Source of the DNA: an uncultured Bacteroidia bacterium
GTDB taxonomy: Bacteria > Bacteroidota > Bacteroidia > Bacteroidales > Prolixibacteraceae
Assembly: GCA_903907075.1 (NCBI GenBank)
Contig: CAIVMQ010000006.1
Location: 1,808-65,807 of the forward strand
DNA length: 64,000 nucleotides
Reading direction: 5' to 3'
Part shown: positions 1 to 9,655 of the stretch, in pieces
How the letters are laid out: each line of letters begins with the position of its first letter
Numbering within the stretch: the stretch's first letter is position 1
The notes under the pieces: generated by a model
Told to the model about the DNA's origin: nothing
Databases searched by the model: none
Seen by the model: only the letters and a program-made list of their open reading frames with translations
Position numbers and translations under genes: made by a program

Positions 1-327
1 GAGAAGGTTTTTTCGTGGTTTGAATATAACGGGAAAGCAATAGGGACCTCTGGTAATTATGAAAATTTTGTTGAATTCAACGGTAAACGGTATACCCATA
101 TTATTGATCCAAGAACGGGGTGGCCCGTACAAGGAATTTCGAGTGTTACCCTTTTTGGCCCAAATGTGGAGCTCGCAACGGCACTTACCAAAGCGATCTT
201 TGTAATGGGTAAAGATGTTGGGATTAATTTGTTAAAACAATTTAAGGGTATTGATTATGTCGTTGTTGATGAACAAGGCAAGATCTATGAATCAGAGCAT
301 GTGAAAATGAATTCCTATAAGCCATGA
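1..327 (+). CDS. apbE: FAD:protein FMN transferase (ApbE family), C-terminal fragment cut by the window edge
   Basis: Frame 1 is open from base 1 to TGA 325-327. It is absent from the ORF track because its 5' end is outside the window. My translation ...GNYENFVEFNGKRYTHIIDPRTGWPVQG...TKAIFVMG... resembles the ApbE C-terminal region. The stop overlaps the next ATG (ATGA). Confidence 0.7.
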   Translation, partial: EKVFSWFEYNGKAIGTSGNYENFVEFNGKRYTHIIDPRTGWPVQGISSVTLFGPNVELATALTKAIFVMGKDVGINLLKQFKGIDYVVVDEQGKIYESEHVKMNSYKP

Positions 328-536
328 AAAAAAATATTTTTCTCTTAATCATTGTCCTGATTTCAGTGTCGTCGTGTGTTTCGGTGAGGGAATATCAAAA
401 GATTTATATCAATGATCCTGATATGAAACTATCGTCTCAGGAGAATGAGCGTTTTGAAAGTACCTTTCAGGTTTACCGTGAAGGGGCATCTGGGGCTAAT
501 GGAGGTAAAACAGGAGGAGGATGCGGATGCAACTAA
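324..536 (+). CDS. Small lipoprotein, DUF4266-like (ends GGGCGCN)
   Basis: 70 aa. Lipobox-like signal (LISVSSC). Gly-rich C-terminus ending CGCN. Sits between ApbE and a DUF3570-like gene, with 4-nt and 16-nt overlaps to them. Confidence 0.6.
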   Translation: MKKNIFLLIIVLISVSSCVSVREYQKIYINDPDMKLSSQENERFESTFQVYREGASGANGGKTGGGCGCN

Positions 537-2071
537 GGTCCCTAACTCGAATAACGTTATTGTCTCTCTCTTGCCTTTTCTGCTTTATCCTGGCTGGAAA
601 GGGTCAGATTCTTGACTCTACAAAAGTCTACAAGAAAAAGGTGCTGGAAAATACGGAAGTCGATTTCCTTATGAGCCTCTATAATCAGGATGGTGTTCAT
701 TCGCCTGTGAATGGCGGGATTGGAACAGAAAATCTCTCTGATAAAACCGCAACAATAATACTCAGCATCCCTTTAAATGCGGATGATGTATTAACCGTTG
801 ATGCGGGAATTTCGGCGTATACCTCTGCTTCGTCAAGCAATATTAACCCGTTTATGTCGGGAACATCATTGAAAAGTATTAAGTGGGATGGCGTCAAAGG
901 GCTAAATGCCAGTGGGGCCTCGAAGGGCTCTGGTGGCGGTGGTGGTGGAAATACCGGTGGTGGCGGCCCTGTTACTCCTCAGAATGCGGTTAATCCCACA
1001 GGTACACCATGGCTCGCCTCAACGGGAGCCTCACACTCCGAAAATTTAAAAAACCTTAGTACTACCTATAGCCATAGCTCAGACGACCGAAATTTTATCT
1101 GGGGAACAAACTTCTCAATATCTGATGAATACACCTATAAGTCGGTTGGATTTGGCGGCAATGTTACCCATTTATTCAATGACAAGAATACGGAAATTGG
1201 GCTAAAAGGGACTGTCTTCCTCGATAAATGGCGCGCTATTTATCCCACAGAGCTTAAGGAGTATTTCCAGATCGGGGATGGATTTCAATATCTAGGGTAT
1301 TTTTATGGCGTTACTATCTTGGATAAGAATGGTATCGCATCAACAAACTATTTGCCTGATCATCAAATTGCCAAACCTTGGCCCAGTACGGGCAGAGATT
1401 CCTATTCGCTCTCTTTTTACCTCTCTCAGGTGATTACTAAAAAGTTTCAGGCTGCCCTCTTCTTTGACCTCGTTTTACAGGAGGGAATGCTCTCGACACC
1501 CTATCATCGGATCTATTTTAAAGATAAGCCAAACTATTATATTGGTACTGCCACTGATATTGTAAATTATGAAAAACCTACAAATAAGGGTGTATATCAA
1601 TTAGCCGACGCTATTGAGACCTTGCCATTAAGTCGTTTTAAGGTTCCAATTGGCCTGCGGATGAATTATTATCTCAATGAAAGAGTAGTGCTGAGAAGCT
1701 ACTACCGTTATTATTTTGATGACTGGGGGTTAAAAGCCCACACGTTAAATCTGGATTTGCCGTTTAAACTTAGTCAGGCATTTACAATTACACCTTCATA
1801 CCGGTACTATTCTCAGAATCAGGTTGATTATTTTGGACCTTATGAGTCACATCTCTCAACTGAGAAATACTTTACTTCAGATTATGATCTATCTAAATTT
1901 GCCAGTAAACAATATAGCCTGGGATTAAATTACACCGATATTTTTAATAAGTTTAAAATCAATTCTCTTGGTCTTAAGAGTGTCAACTTAAAGTACAGTT
2001 ATTACGACCGAACAGACGGTTTAAATGCCAGTATTTTCACATTAGGAGTTAAATTTGTTGATGGAGATTAG
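521..2071 (+). CDS. DUF3570-like predicted outer-membrane beta-barrel protein
   Basis: 516 aa with a signal peptide, an internal Gly run (GSGGGGGGNTGGGG), and alternating aromatic/Tyr-rich strands to the C-terminus (YYRYYFDDWG, YRYYSQNQ, LGVKF). Confidence 0.55.
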   Translation: MRMQLRSLTRITLLSLSCLFCFILAGKGQILDSTKVYKKKVLENTEVDFLMSLYNQDGVHSPVNGGIGTENLSDKTATIILSIPLNADDVLTVDAGISAYTSASSSNINPFMSGTSLKSIKWDGVKGLNASGASKGSGGGGGGNTGGGGPVTPQNAVNPTGTPWLASTGASHSENLKNLSTTYSHSSDDRNFIWGTNFSISDEYTYKSVGFGGNVTHLFNDKNTEIGLKGTVFLDKWRAIYPTELKEYFQIGDGFQYLGYFYGVTILDKNGIASTNYLPDHQIAKPWPSTGRDSYSLSFYLSQVITKKFQAALFFDLVLQEGMLSTPYHRIYFKDKPNYYIGTATDIVNYEKPTNKGVYQLADAIETLPLSRFKVPIGLRMNYYLNERVVLRSYYRYYFDDWGLKAHTLNLDLPFKLSQAFTITPSYRYYSQNQVDYFGPYESHLSTEKYFTSDYDLSKFASKQYSLGLNYTDIFNKFKINSLGLKSVNLKYSYYDRTDGLNASIFTLGVKFVDGD

Positions 2072-2168
2072 TTGATTTATACAACTTTTATCTGTTAATT
2101 ATATTTTTAAAACCTAATTCTCCTTTTTCTGCGGGTGCACGAATAGAGAGATTTCGATCAAATTGTAC

Positions 2169-2176
2169 TATTTTTG
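2169..2176 (+). promoter_or_regulatory. -7 box TATTTTTG for hflX, 4 nt before the ATG
   Basis: TATTTTTGCACCATG, with the same TTTGCACC context as the tex, pfkA and rpmE promoters. Confidence 0.55.
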
Positions 2177-2180
2177 CACC

Positions 2181-3392
2181 ATGGTGAAATTACATGATAC
2201 TTCAGTTCAAAAAGAGAAAGTCGTAATTGTTGGTCTGATAACAGGACGACAAAATGAGAAGCAGGCCAATGAATACCTTGACGAACTTGAATTTCTTGTA
2301 GATACCTCAGGTGCAGAGGTATGGGACCGTTTTAGCCAGCGGCTAGACAATCCCAATACAGCCACTTTTGTAGGTACCGGAAAGCTAAAGGAGATTGCCG
2401 ATTATGTTCGTGTTCATGCTATTGATGCTGTTATCTTTGACGACGAACTAACCCCGACACAAATCAGAAACATAGAGCCCGCTCTCGAATGTAAGATTCT
2501 TGACCGGACAAACCTTATCCTCGATATTTTTGCCAAGCGGGCTCAAACAGCCCATTCCAAGACACAGGTGGAATTGGCGCAGTGTAAATATTTGCTTCCA
2601 CGCCTCACCCGCTTATGGACTCACCTTGAACGGCAACAAGGAGGTATCGGAACACGGGGACCCGGTGAGTCGCAGATCGAAACCGATAAACGGATTATCC
2701 TCGAGCGAATATCGTTCTTAAAAGCACAACTCGAGAAAATCGATAGTCAGATGATGACCCAGCGACGCAACCGCGGAAAGGTTGTTCGCGTGGCTCTTGT
2801 TGGGTACACCAATGTGGGTAAATCTACAATATTAAATCTTATCAGCAAGTCTGAAGTATTTGCGGAGAATAAACTCTTTGCAACCCTCGATACCACGGTG
2901 CGCAAAGTTGTTATCGGGAATCTGCCGTTTCTGCTTACCGATACAGTGGGCTTTATCCGAAAATTACCCCATCATCTGGTTGAGTCATTTAAATCGACCC
3001 TTGATGAGACGCGCGAAGCTGATCTGCTGCTTCATGTGGTCGATATCTCGCACCCGGGATTTGAGTCACAGGTTGAGGTGGTCAATAAAACCCTGGCCGA
3101 GATTGGGGCTGCCGATAAGCCAATGATCTATCTGTTCAATAAGATCGACGCCTTTAAATACGTGGTCAAAGAGGAGGATGATTTGCTCCCTTCCACCAAG
3201 GAGAATATGAGCCTCGAAGACTGGAAACAATCGTGGATGGGTAAGCATGAGAATCTCTCTCTGTTTATCTCAGCCACTGAGAAGACCAATATTGAGTTGT
3301 TTAAAAAAGCCATTTATGAGGAGGTTAAGGCGATTCATATTAAAAGGTTCCCCTTTAATGATTTTCTCTATCAGGTCTTTGATGAGGAGTAA
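2181..3392 (+). CDS. hflX: GTPase HflX
   Basis: HflX N-domain followed by G motifs (VGYTNVGKST, DTVGFI, NKID). I place the start at ATG 2181, not the TTG at 2163, because a -7 box lies at 2169-2176. Confidence 0.9.
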   Translation: MVKLHDTSVQKEKVVIVGLITGRQNEKQANEYLDELEFLVDTSGAEVWDRFSQRLDNPNTATFVGTGKLKEIADYVRVHAIDAVIFDDELTPTQIRNIEPALECKILDRTNLILDIFAKRAQTAHSKTQVELAQCKYLLPRLTRLWTHLERQQGGIGTRGPGESQIETDKRIILERISFLKAQLEKIDSQMMTQRRNRGKVVRVALVGYTNVGKSTILNLISKSEVFAENKLFATLDTTVRKVVIGNLPFLLTDTVGFIRKLPHHLVESFKSTLDETREADLLLHVVDISHPGFESQVEVVNKTLAEIGAADKPMIYLFNKIDAFKYVVKEEDDLLPSTKENMSLEDWKQSWMGKHENLSLFISATEKTNIELFKKAIYEEVKAIHIKRFPFNDFLYQVFDEE

Positions 3393-3423
3393 CAAGGGTG
3401 CTGTAGCCCAAATGTAATCCACA

Positions 3424-3456
3424 AAAGAAGCCACCATCACTGGCAGCTTCTTTTTA
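3424..3456. terminator. Putative terminator hairpin between convergent hflX and asd
   Basis: AGAAGC pairs with GCTTCT (alternatively GCCA with TGGC), followed by TTTTT at 3451-3455. Confidence 0.45.
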
Positions 3457-3480
3457 TAAAAAATCAATCAAGGTAAAAAG

Positions 3481-4491
3481 CTATTTTACTACACCTTCCT
3501 TAACGAGGTATTCGGCAATTTGTACCGCATTTAGTGCTGCCCCTTTTTTAATCTGATCCGAAACAGTCCAAAACGCCAGTCCATTTGGATTGGTAATATC
3601 TTTGCGTATCCTTCCCACAAATACTTCATCACGACCGGCAAGGTGTAATGGCATTGGGTATTTCTTTTCGGCCGGATTGTCAATAACAATCACCCCATCC
3701 GCATTTTGAAAAGCCGCTTTGGCTTTGTCGAGTGGAATTTCATTTTCTGTTTCAACCCATATCGCCTCCGAATGAGCGCGAAGAACCGGAACACGCACAG
3801 CGGTGGCACTTACCATAATATCGGAATGCATAATCTTGCGTGTCTCATGAAACATCTTCATCTCCTCCTTGGTATAGTCGTTATCGGTGAATACATCGAT
3901 ATGAGGAATGAGATTTTGTACCAACTGATAAGCAAATTTTGCTACCGTTGGTTCTTCCCCATTTGCAACCTGAACCGTTTGTGCCTCTAACTCATCCATC
4001 CCTGAGGCTCCGGCACCACTGGCACTCTGATAGGTTGCAATATGTACCCTGCGGATATGCGATAGATCTTCAATGGGCTTTAAGGCAACAACAAGCTGGA
4101 TGGTTGTACAGTTTGGATTGGCAATAATTCTGCGTGGCATATTCTTTGCATCAATCGCATTGACCTCGGGAACAACTAATGGAATGTCATTCTCCATACG
4201 GAAGGCACTGCTATTGTCAATCATAATGGTTCCAAAACGGGTTATCGTATCGGCAAAGTCCTTGGAGATACTTGCACCGGCAGAAACCAGGGCAATGTCA
4301 ATACCTTTAAAATCGTCGTTGTGCAGTAACTCTTTCACAATTAGCTTTTTCCCTTTGAATGTGTACTCTTTACCTGTACTACGCGCCGATCCAAAAAGGA
4401 CCAACTCATCAAGGGGAAAATTACGCTCATCCAATACCCGCAGAAATTCTTGTCCTACAGCTCCGCTAACACCAACAATTGCTACTTTCAT
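3481..4491 (-). CDS. asd: Aspartate-semialdehyde dehydrogenase
   Basis: [16 protein letters not shown] Rossmann start and the NPNCTTIQ active-site region. Start moved to the internal Met (CAT at 4489-4491). Confidence 0.9.
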   Translation of the reverse strand: MKVAIVGVSGAVGQEFLRVLDERNFPLDELVLFGSARSTGKEYTFKGKKLIVKELLHNDDFKGIDIALVSAGASISKDFADTITRFGTIMIDNSSAFRMENDIPLVVPEVNAIDAKNMPRRIIANPNCTTIQLVVALKPIEDLSHIRRVHIATYQSASGAGASGMDELEAQTVQVANGEEPTVAKFAYQLVQNLIPHIDVFTDNDYTKEEMKMFHETRKIMHSDIMVSATAVRVPVLRAHSEAIWVETENEIPLDKAKAAFQNADGVIVIDNPAEKKYPMPLHLAGRDEVFVGRIRKDITNPNGLAFWTVSDQIKKGAALNAVQIAEYLVKEGVVK

Positions 4492-4677
4492 CTCTATCTT
4501 AGTTTTAATATGGATAAATTTAACCATTCTAAAGCATATTCTAATTATGGAACTATGCCTTTCGACGATTTTATTTCTCCTTCATTTTCTGTATCTTTAA
4601 TTCTGTTGACTCCATCCTAAATTCACTGTGGATTGGATTGGGCAAAAATATTCATTATTCTTAATAATTTACGAAAA

Positions 4678-6522
4678 ATGGATAAAATAATTTACGGATT
4701 TATTTTTTACTGCGTTGTTTTTGTCTTATTTGAAAGTTGGAGCCAAGTTTTTGCTGCTTCTGATTCTCCTCAAAGTTTGCGATTAAATGAGGAAAATAAT
4801 CTAAAATTACCAATTCAAGAACCTGGAGCCGATCTATTAATTTATTGGCCTATAAGTACTTCTGAAATTAAATCTGGTACTTATACCCCTAGATATGGTG
4901 ATTTAGTTATAAATGAAGTGATGGCTGATCCCACGCCGGTAGTTAAATTACCTGATGCTGAGTTTATTGAATTAAAGAATAATTCAGATTTTCCGATTGA
5001 TCTCTCTAACTGGCTGATTGAAGTAAATGGGAGACAGAAAATTTTACCAACGCAGATCGTTGGAATTGATAGTTTAATAATCCTTTCGGGAACGGGTGGG
5101 ATGATAAACTTTAGCCATTTTGGATTAACCGTTGAGATTCCGGGACTTCAGCTTCCCAACGACGGATTTACCCTCAAGCTGATCTCTCCAGAAAAGATAC
5201 TCATCGATTCATTCGAATATAAACCTGAGATGCAGCGTGAAGGTTACTCCTTTGGCGGTTTTTCGCTGGAGCGTATCGATGCTAAACGGCTGTGTGGAGC
5301 AGCATCAAACTGGGAAACTACCATTTCATTGGATGGGGGAACTCCGGGATTCGAAAATTCTGTAAAAAGCACTAATCCAGATGTTACGCCTCCTAGGGTT
5401 CTTTCGGCCGATGTTACAATTCCTGATCTGTTGGAGGTTGTCATTTCTGAGATGCCAGATAATCAATCGATATCGGGGGCTTGCTTCTCCTATTTACCAA
5501 CCCTTAATAAACCTGATAGTATCCGATTTAATCGAGTAAGCAAGAAGTATTCGATCTATTTCCAGAAAGGATCAATGCAGAGTGGTATTGATTATGAGCT
5601 GATTGTTACTGGTTTAACAGATGAGTGTGGGAATCGATCAGAGCCAATACACCGGGCGTTTTGGTACTATCTTCCCGTTGCGGGTGATGTGCTGATCAAT
5701 GAGGTGCTCTTTAATCCCTATTCCGGTGGGGTCGATTTTGTCGAACTCTATAATAATTCGGGGCACAAGCTAAATCTTAACGGTCTCTTTCTCGCCGCTC
5801 TTGACGACAGTCTGTTCATTAAATTATTGTATCCCTTATCTGTTGAAGGGGCAGTTTTTTCGGACCGTCAGTATGGGGCATTTACGTCAGATCCTGCCGC
5901 GTTAGTTTCAAACTACAGAACCACTTGTCTGGCGTGTATTTATGGGATGGAGAAATTGCCAACCTATAATTTGGATCAGGGGTTGGTTGTGGTTGTAAAT
6001 AGTGAGATGACGGTGATTGACCAATTTCACTATGTTGAACAGATGCACAATCCGCTCCTTAGTGATCTGCATGGAATATCACTGGAACGGGGTAGTTTTT
6101 TAAAAACTACAGCCGATCCTACGAATTGGAACTCTGCTTCAGAGACTGTTGGATTTGCGACACCTGGATACCGAAATTCGGCAACAGAGTTAGGTGAAGG
6201 AAGGGGGCCGACAGTAGAACTCTCTCCCCGCATATTTTCACCTAATGATGATGGGATAAACGATCGAGTACTAATTAAGCTCTCTCCCGGAGAGCCCGGA
6301 TGGATAGCCAATATTCGAATATACAATGAATCGGGTGTTGAGATTCGACGATTGTCAAATAATCTATTAATTGCTTCTGAGGAAATTATTGAATGGGATG
6401 GGACTAAAGAGAATCACCAAAAGGCAGGGCTGGGAATCTATCTGGTGAAGATCGATCTATTCGAATTACGACGGGGATTAAATGAATATAATGAAGCGTG
6501 TGTATTAACAGACAGGCTTTAA
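4678..6522 (+). CDS. Secreted protein with two lamin-tail-domain (LTD) repeats and a type-B T9SS C-terminal sorting domain
   Basis: Two LTD signatures (GDLVINEVMADP...EFIELKN; GDVLINEVLFNP...FVELYNN). C-terminus FSPNDDGINDRV...IYNESGVEI...EWDG...GIYLVKI resembles the gliding-associated type-B CTD. ATG 4678 is preferred over TTG 4633. Confidence 0.6.
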   Translation: MDKIIYGFIFYCVVFVLFESWSQVFAASDSPQSLRLNEENNLKLPIQEPGADLLIYWPISTSEIKSGTYTPRYGDLVINEVMADPTPVVKLPDAEFIELKNNSDFPIDLSNWLIEVNGRQKILPTQIVGIDSLIILSGTGGMINFSHFGLTVEIPGLQLPNDGFTLKLISPEKILIDSFEYKPEMQREGYSFGGFSLERIDAKRLCGAASNWETTISLDGGTPGFENSVKSTNPDVTPPRVLSADVTIPDLLEVVISEMPDNQSISGACFSYLPTLNKPDSIRFNRVSKKYSIYFQKGSMQSGIDYELIVTGLTDECGNRSEPIHRAFWYYLPVAGDVLINEVLFNPYSGGVDFVELYNNSGHKLNLNGLFLAALDDSLFIKLLYPLSVEGAVFSDRQYGAFTSDPAALVSNYRTTCLACIYGMEKLPTYNLDQGLVVVVNSEMTVIDQFHYVEQMHNPLLSDLHGISLERGSFLKTTADPTNWNSASETVGFATPGYRNSATELGEGRGPTVELSPRIFSPNDDGINDRVLIKLSPGEPGWIANIRIYNESGVEIRRLSNNLLIASEEIIEWDGTKENHQKAGLGIYLVKIDLFELRRGLNEYNEACVLTDRL

Positions 6523-6700
6523 TTGAAAATTCATATACAGCTTCCCCTTCCCAAAAAGGAGGGTTCAGCTAACAACTTGAAGATCCAATTTTGATTTATA
6601 ATAACTTTTTTTGAATATAAGAACTAATGATTAAGATTTGATTTAAATTTAGGATGAAAATTGTTGCATAGTGGAATTAAATAGGTAGAATTTATAAACT

Positions 6701-8731
6701 ATGAACTTTAAAAAGACAAATCCGTTTAGCCTTGGACTCCATAGAAAATCGACACGTGCAGATAAGATTCAGGAGGATTCTGAGAATAAATATAAGATGC
6801 TCTTTACTATTGAAACTGATGCCCTATTATTAGTCGATAACGAAAGCTACCAAATTCTTGAAGCAAACCAGTCGGCGTGCACCCTTTATGGCTATTCGGA
6901 AAAGGAGTTGCTCCAATTAAAAAATTTTGAGTTGTCGGCTGAACCGGAGAAGACTAAATCGATGCGAGAGAATCTCAAAGAGCGGATCGAACTGCGCTTT
7001 CATAGGAAGCGCGACGGGACCATATTTCCGGTAGATATCTCCTCAACGATTTTTACCTTAAAGGGAAGGTCGGTTATTCTTGCCGCTATACGGGATATTA
7101 CCATACGTAAACGAGCGGAGGATCTTAACCTTTCGAGGATTCACCTGCTGGAATTTGCAGAAACCCATTCCCTGGATGATTTACTTGAAGAGACTTTAAA
7201 TTGTGCCGAAGATTTAACTGGTAGCTTAATTGGATTCTATCACTTTGTTGAACCGGATCAGCACACCTTAAAGTTGCAAAATTGGTCAACCCGAACTAAG
7301 CGCGATTATTGCAGAGCAGAAGGAAAGGGGATGAGTTACGACAGTTCCCTTGCTGGTGTCTGGGCCGATTGTCTCCGGGAACGAAAACCAATAATTCATA
7401 ACGATTATGCCTCTCTGGCAAATAAAAAAGGGCTTCCATCCGGACATTCACCCGTAATTCGTGAAATCGTGATACCTGTAATACGTGATGGCCAGATTAC
7501 GGCTTTGATAGGGATTGGAAATAAAGCTACTGATTATAACCAAAGTGATCTTGAATTGGTCGCTTCCGTCGCTGACCTGGCATGGGATATAACCAGCAGA
7601 AAAAGGGCAGAGGAGGAGATGAAGCTGAGTGAATTGAGATTTAAAACGATGTTTAACGAGTCCCCTTATGGGATAGCACTTATTGACTCATTAACCGGAA
7701 AGGTCTACTCGGTGAATCCTATGTTTGCTAAAATTGCCGGGAGAAAAGTTGAAGAGATGGAGGTTATCGACTGGATGAGCATTACCCATCCTGATGATGT
7801 TCAGAAAGATCTGGATAATATGACGTTGCTTAATGCCGGTTTAATAGATCGTTTTCAGATGGAAAAAAGATATCTCCGCCCCGATAAAACAGAGGTGTGG
7901 ATCAACATGACGATTGTTCCTGTGTTTGTTGAAGATAAAGCTCATCCGCGCCACCTTTGTATGATCGGGGATATCACAGAACGGAAAAAAATAGAACTGC
8001 AGATTCACCAAAAGAATGAAGAACTTATTCTGCTTAATGCCGAGAAGGATAGGTTTTTCTCAATTATTGCTCATGATCTGCGAACCCCTTTTGTTGGCTT
8101 CCTCGGCTTGACCGAAATATTGGCGGATGGATTATTCGAGATGGAATCCAATGAGATTAAGCAGATGGCGACATTGATACGACAATCGGCTGTCAATGTT
8201 TACAATCTCTTGGGTAATCTATTAGAATGGTCGCGTATGCAACAGGGATTGATCCCTTTTGAACCGGAACTGTTTTTATTAAAAGAGAAGATCGATGAAA
8301 GTTTACTCCTGTTGTTAAATCTAGCAGAGAAGAAGCATATCCAAATTAATTACCATTTTCCTCCCGATTTATTGGTTTTTGCTGATCCGAATATGGTCTC
8401 ATTAATCATCCGGAATCTATTCTCTAATGCAGTAAAGTTTACCCGTTCCGGTGGTCGTGTGGAGCTCTCAGCAAAGAGCGTTTCACCTAAATTAGTTAAG
8501 ATTACTGTCGCCGATAATGGGATTGGAATGGAGAGGAATATACTTGATAATCTCTTTAATCTCGACATTAAAACCAATCGTAACGGGACCGAAGGGGAGT
8601 TTAGTACCGGATTAGGGTTGATCTTATGTAAAGATTTTATTGAAAAGCATGGAGGGCGATTATCTGTCGTGAGCGAACAGGGGAAGGGGAGTGTTTTTAG
8701 TTTTGAGTTGCCCTCTGCCAACGATCTTTGA
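6701..8731 (+). CDS. PAS-GAF-PAS sensor histidine kinase with no adjacent response regulator
   Basis: PAS-like segments, a GAF-like middle, an H-box (FFSIIAHDLRTP), and N/G boxes (RNLFSNAVKFT, DNGIGM, GLGLILC). Confidence 0.85.
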   Translation: MNFKKTNPFSLGLHRKSTRADKIQEDSENKYKMLFTIETDALLLVDNESYQILEANQSACTLYGYSEKELLQLKNFELSAEPEKTKSMRENLKERIELRFHRKRDGTIFPVDISSTIFTLKGRSVILAAIRDITIRKRAEDLNLSRIHLLEFAETHSLDDLLEETLNCAEDLTGSLIGFYHFVEPDQHTLKLQNWSTRTKRDYCRAEGKGMSYDSSLAGVWADCLRERKPIIHNDYASLANKKGLPSGHSPVIREIVIPVIRDGQITALIGIGNKATDYNQSDLELVASVADLAWDITSRKRAEEEMKLSELRFKTMFNESPYGIALIDSLTGKVYSVNPMFAKIAGRKVEEMEVIDWMSITHPDDVQKDLDNMTLLNAGLIDRFQMEKRYLRPDKTEVWINMTIVPVFVEDKAHPRHLCMIGDITERKKIELQIHQKNEELILLNAEKDRFFSIIAHDLRTPFVGFLGLTEILADGLFEMESNEIKQMATLIRQSAVNVYNLLGNLLEWSRMQQGLIPFEPELFLLKEKIDESLLLLLNLAEKKHIQINYHFPPDLLVFADPNMVSLIIRNLFSNAVKFTRSGGRVELSAKSVSPKLVKITVADNGIGMERNILDNLFNLDIKTNRNGTEGEFSTGLGLILCKDFIEKHGGRLSVVSEQGKGSVFSFELPSANDL

Positions 8732-8782
8732 TCCAGGGAGGTGATCTTTTTATTCGAAGCTTTAATTAATTCTATACCTTCT

Positions 8783-9628
8783 CTATTTCTTTTGACATCT
8801 GATCATCCGTTGTTTTTGTTGTAAATCGGTTTTTAAGGTGACATTTACAAATCCTTTAGCTGTAAGCAGAGTCGAAACTTGAGTTCCAAACTGCTCATTT
8901 ATTTCGAAGTATAAATGGCCACCCGTGGCAAGATGATTGTAGGCAAATTCGGCAATTGTACGATAAAAAACCAGCGGATCGTTGTCCGAAACAAAAAGGG
9001 CAAGGTGCGGTTCAAAGTCGGTGACATTCTTATGCATCAGGGGTAGCTCCGAAAGGGTTACATAAGGGGGATTGCTAACAATAAGGTTATATTTTTTTGT
9101 GGCCGGATCAGTTTGCAGGCGAAGAATGTCAATGCAAGAGAACGCGATAGTTACATCGTTATTTAGCGCGTTCTCCTGAGCCACGAGCAGCGCCTCGGAA
9201 GATATATCCCAGGCATCAGCGGCCGCTTCCGGTAGGTTTTTAACCAAGGTGATCGGAATGCATCCGCTACCAGTTCCAATATCTAGAATTAAAGGTTTCA
9301 ATTTTGCATAATCTGTAATGATCCAGTCGACCAACTCTTCTGTCTCTGGGCGGGGAATCAGAACTGCGGGGGTTACCTTAAAGGGCAATCCGTAAAATTC
9401 ACACGCACCAAAAATATACTGAATCGGCTCAAATTGAACCAATCGGCTTATAATCTCTTTAATTTGAGCTAAATTTGCACTCGAAATCGTCTCTTGCCGC
9501 TTCAGATGAATCTGAAGCGGAGATAATCCGAGAACATTTTCAAAGATCAGCCTGGTTATGCTTTCGATCTCCTCTTTAGGGTAGAGCGCAGTGAGGTTAT
9601 CGAGAATTAATTGTTTTGCAACCTGCAT
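8783..9628 (-). CDS. prmC: Peptide chain release factor N5-glutamine methyltransferase
   Basis: SAM motif DIGTGSGCI and the catalytic NPPY (VSNPPYV). Confidence 0.85.
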   Translation of the reverse strand: MQVAKQLILDNLTALYPKEEIESITRLIFENVLGLSPLQIHLKRQETISSANLAQIKEIISRLVQFEPIQYIFGACEFYGLPFKVTPAVLIPRPETEELVDWIITDYAKLKPLILDIGTGSGCIPITLVKNLPEAAADAWDISSEALLVAQENALNNDVTIAFSCIDILRLQTDPATKKYNLIVSNPPYVTLSELPLMHKNVTDFEPHLALFVSDNDPLVFYRTIAEFAYNHLATGGHLYFEINEQFGTQVSTLLTAKGFVNVTLKTDLQQKQRMIRCQKK

Positions 9629-9655
9629 TTTTTTTTACAAAGATAGTTAAAGCGG

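Noticed and set aside
900-975. G-rich DNA tract as a possible repeat or G-quadruplex
   Set aside because: It is in frame within the DUF3570-like gene and encodes a Gly-rich linker (GSGGGGGGNTGGGG). Coding low complexity is the simpler explanation.
2140-2160. CGAATAGAG word upstream of hflX, resembling the central part of the phased arrays
   Set aside because: It is a single word. The neighbouring CGs are 15 nt apart, so they are not phased, and the offset to the -7 box is 24 nt rather than 18. This is probably chance.
4073-4600. 175-aa plus-strand ORF
   Set aside because: It lies entirely antisense to the well-supported asd gene, and its low-complexity Ser/Ile-rich translation has no motifs. 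This is a shadow ORF. The same reasoning applies to 3706-3990 and 3939-4127.
9629-9655. Expected FMN riboswitch upstream of ribD
   Set aside because: The intergenic region is only 27 nt, so there is no room for an FMN element. ribD here is not riboswitch-controlled from this side.
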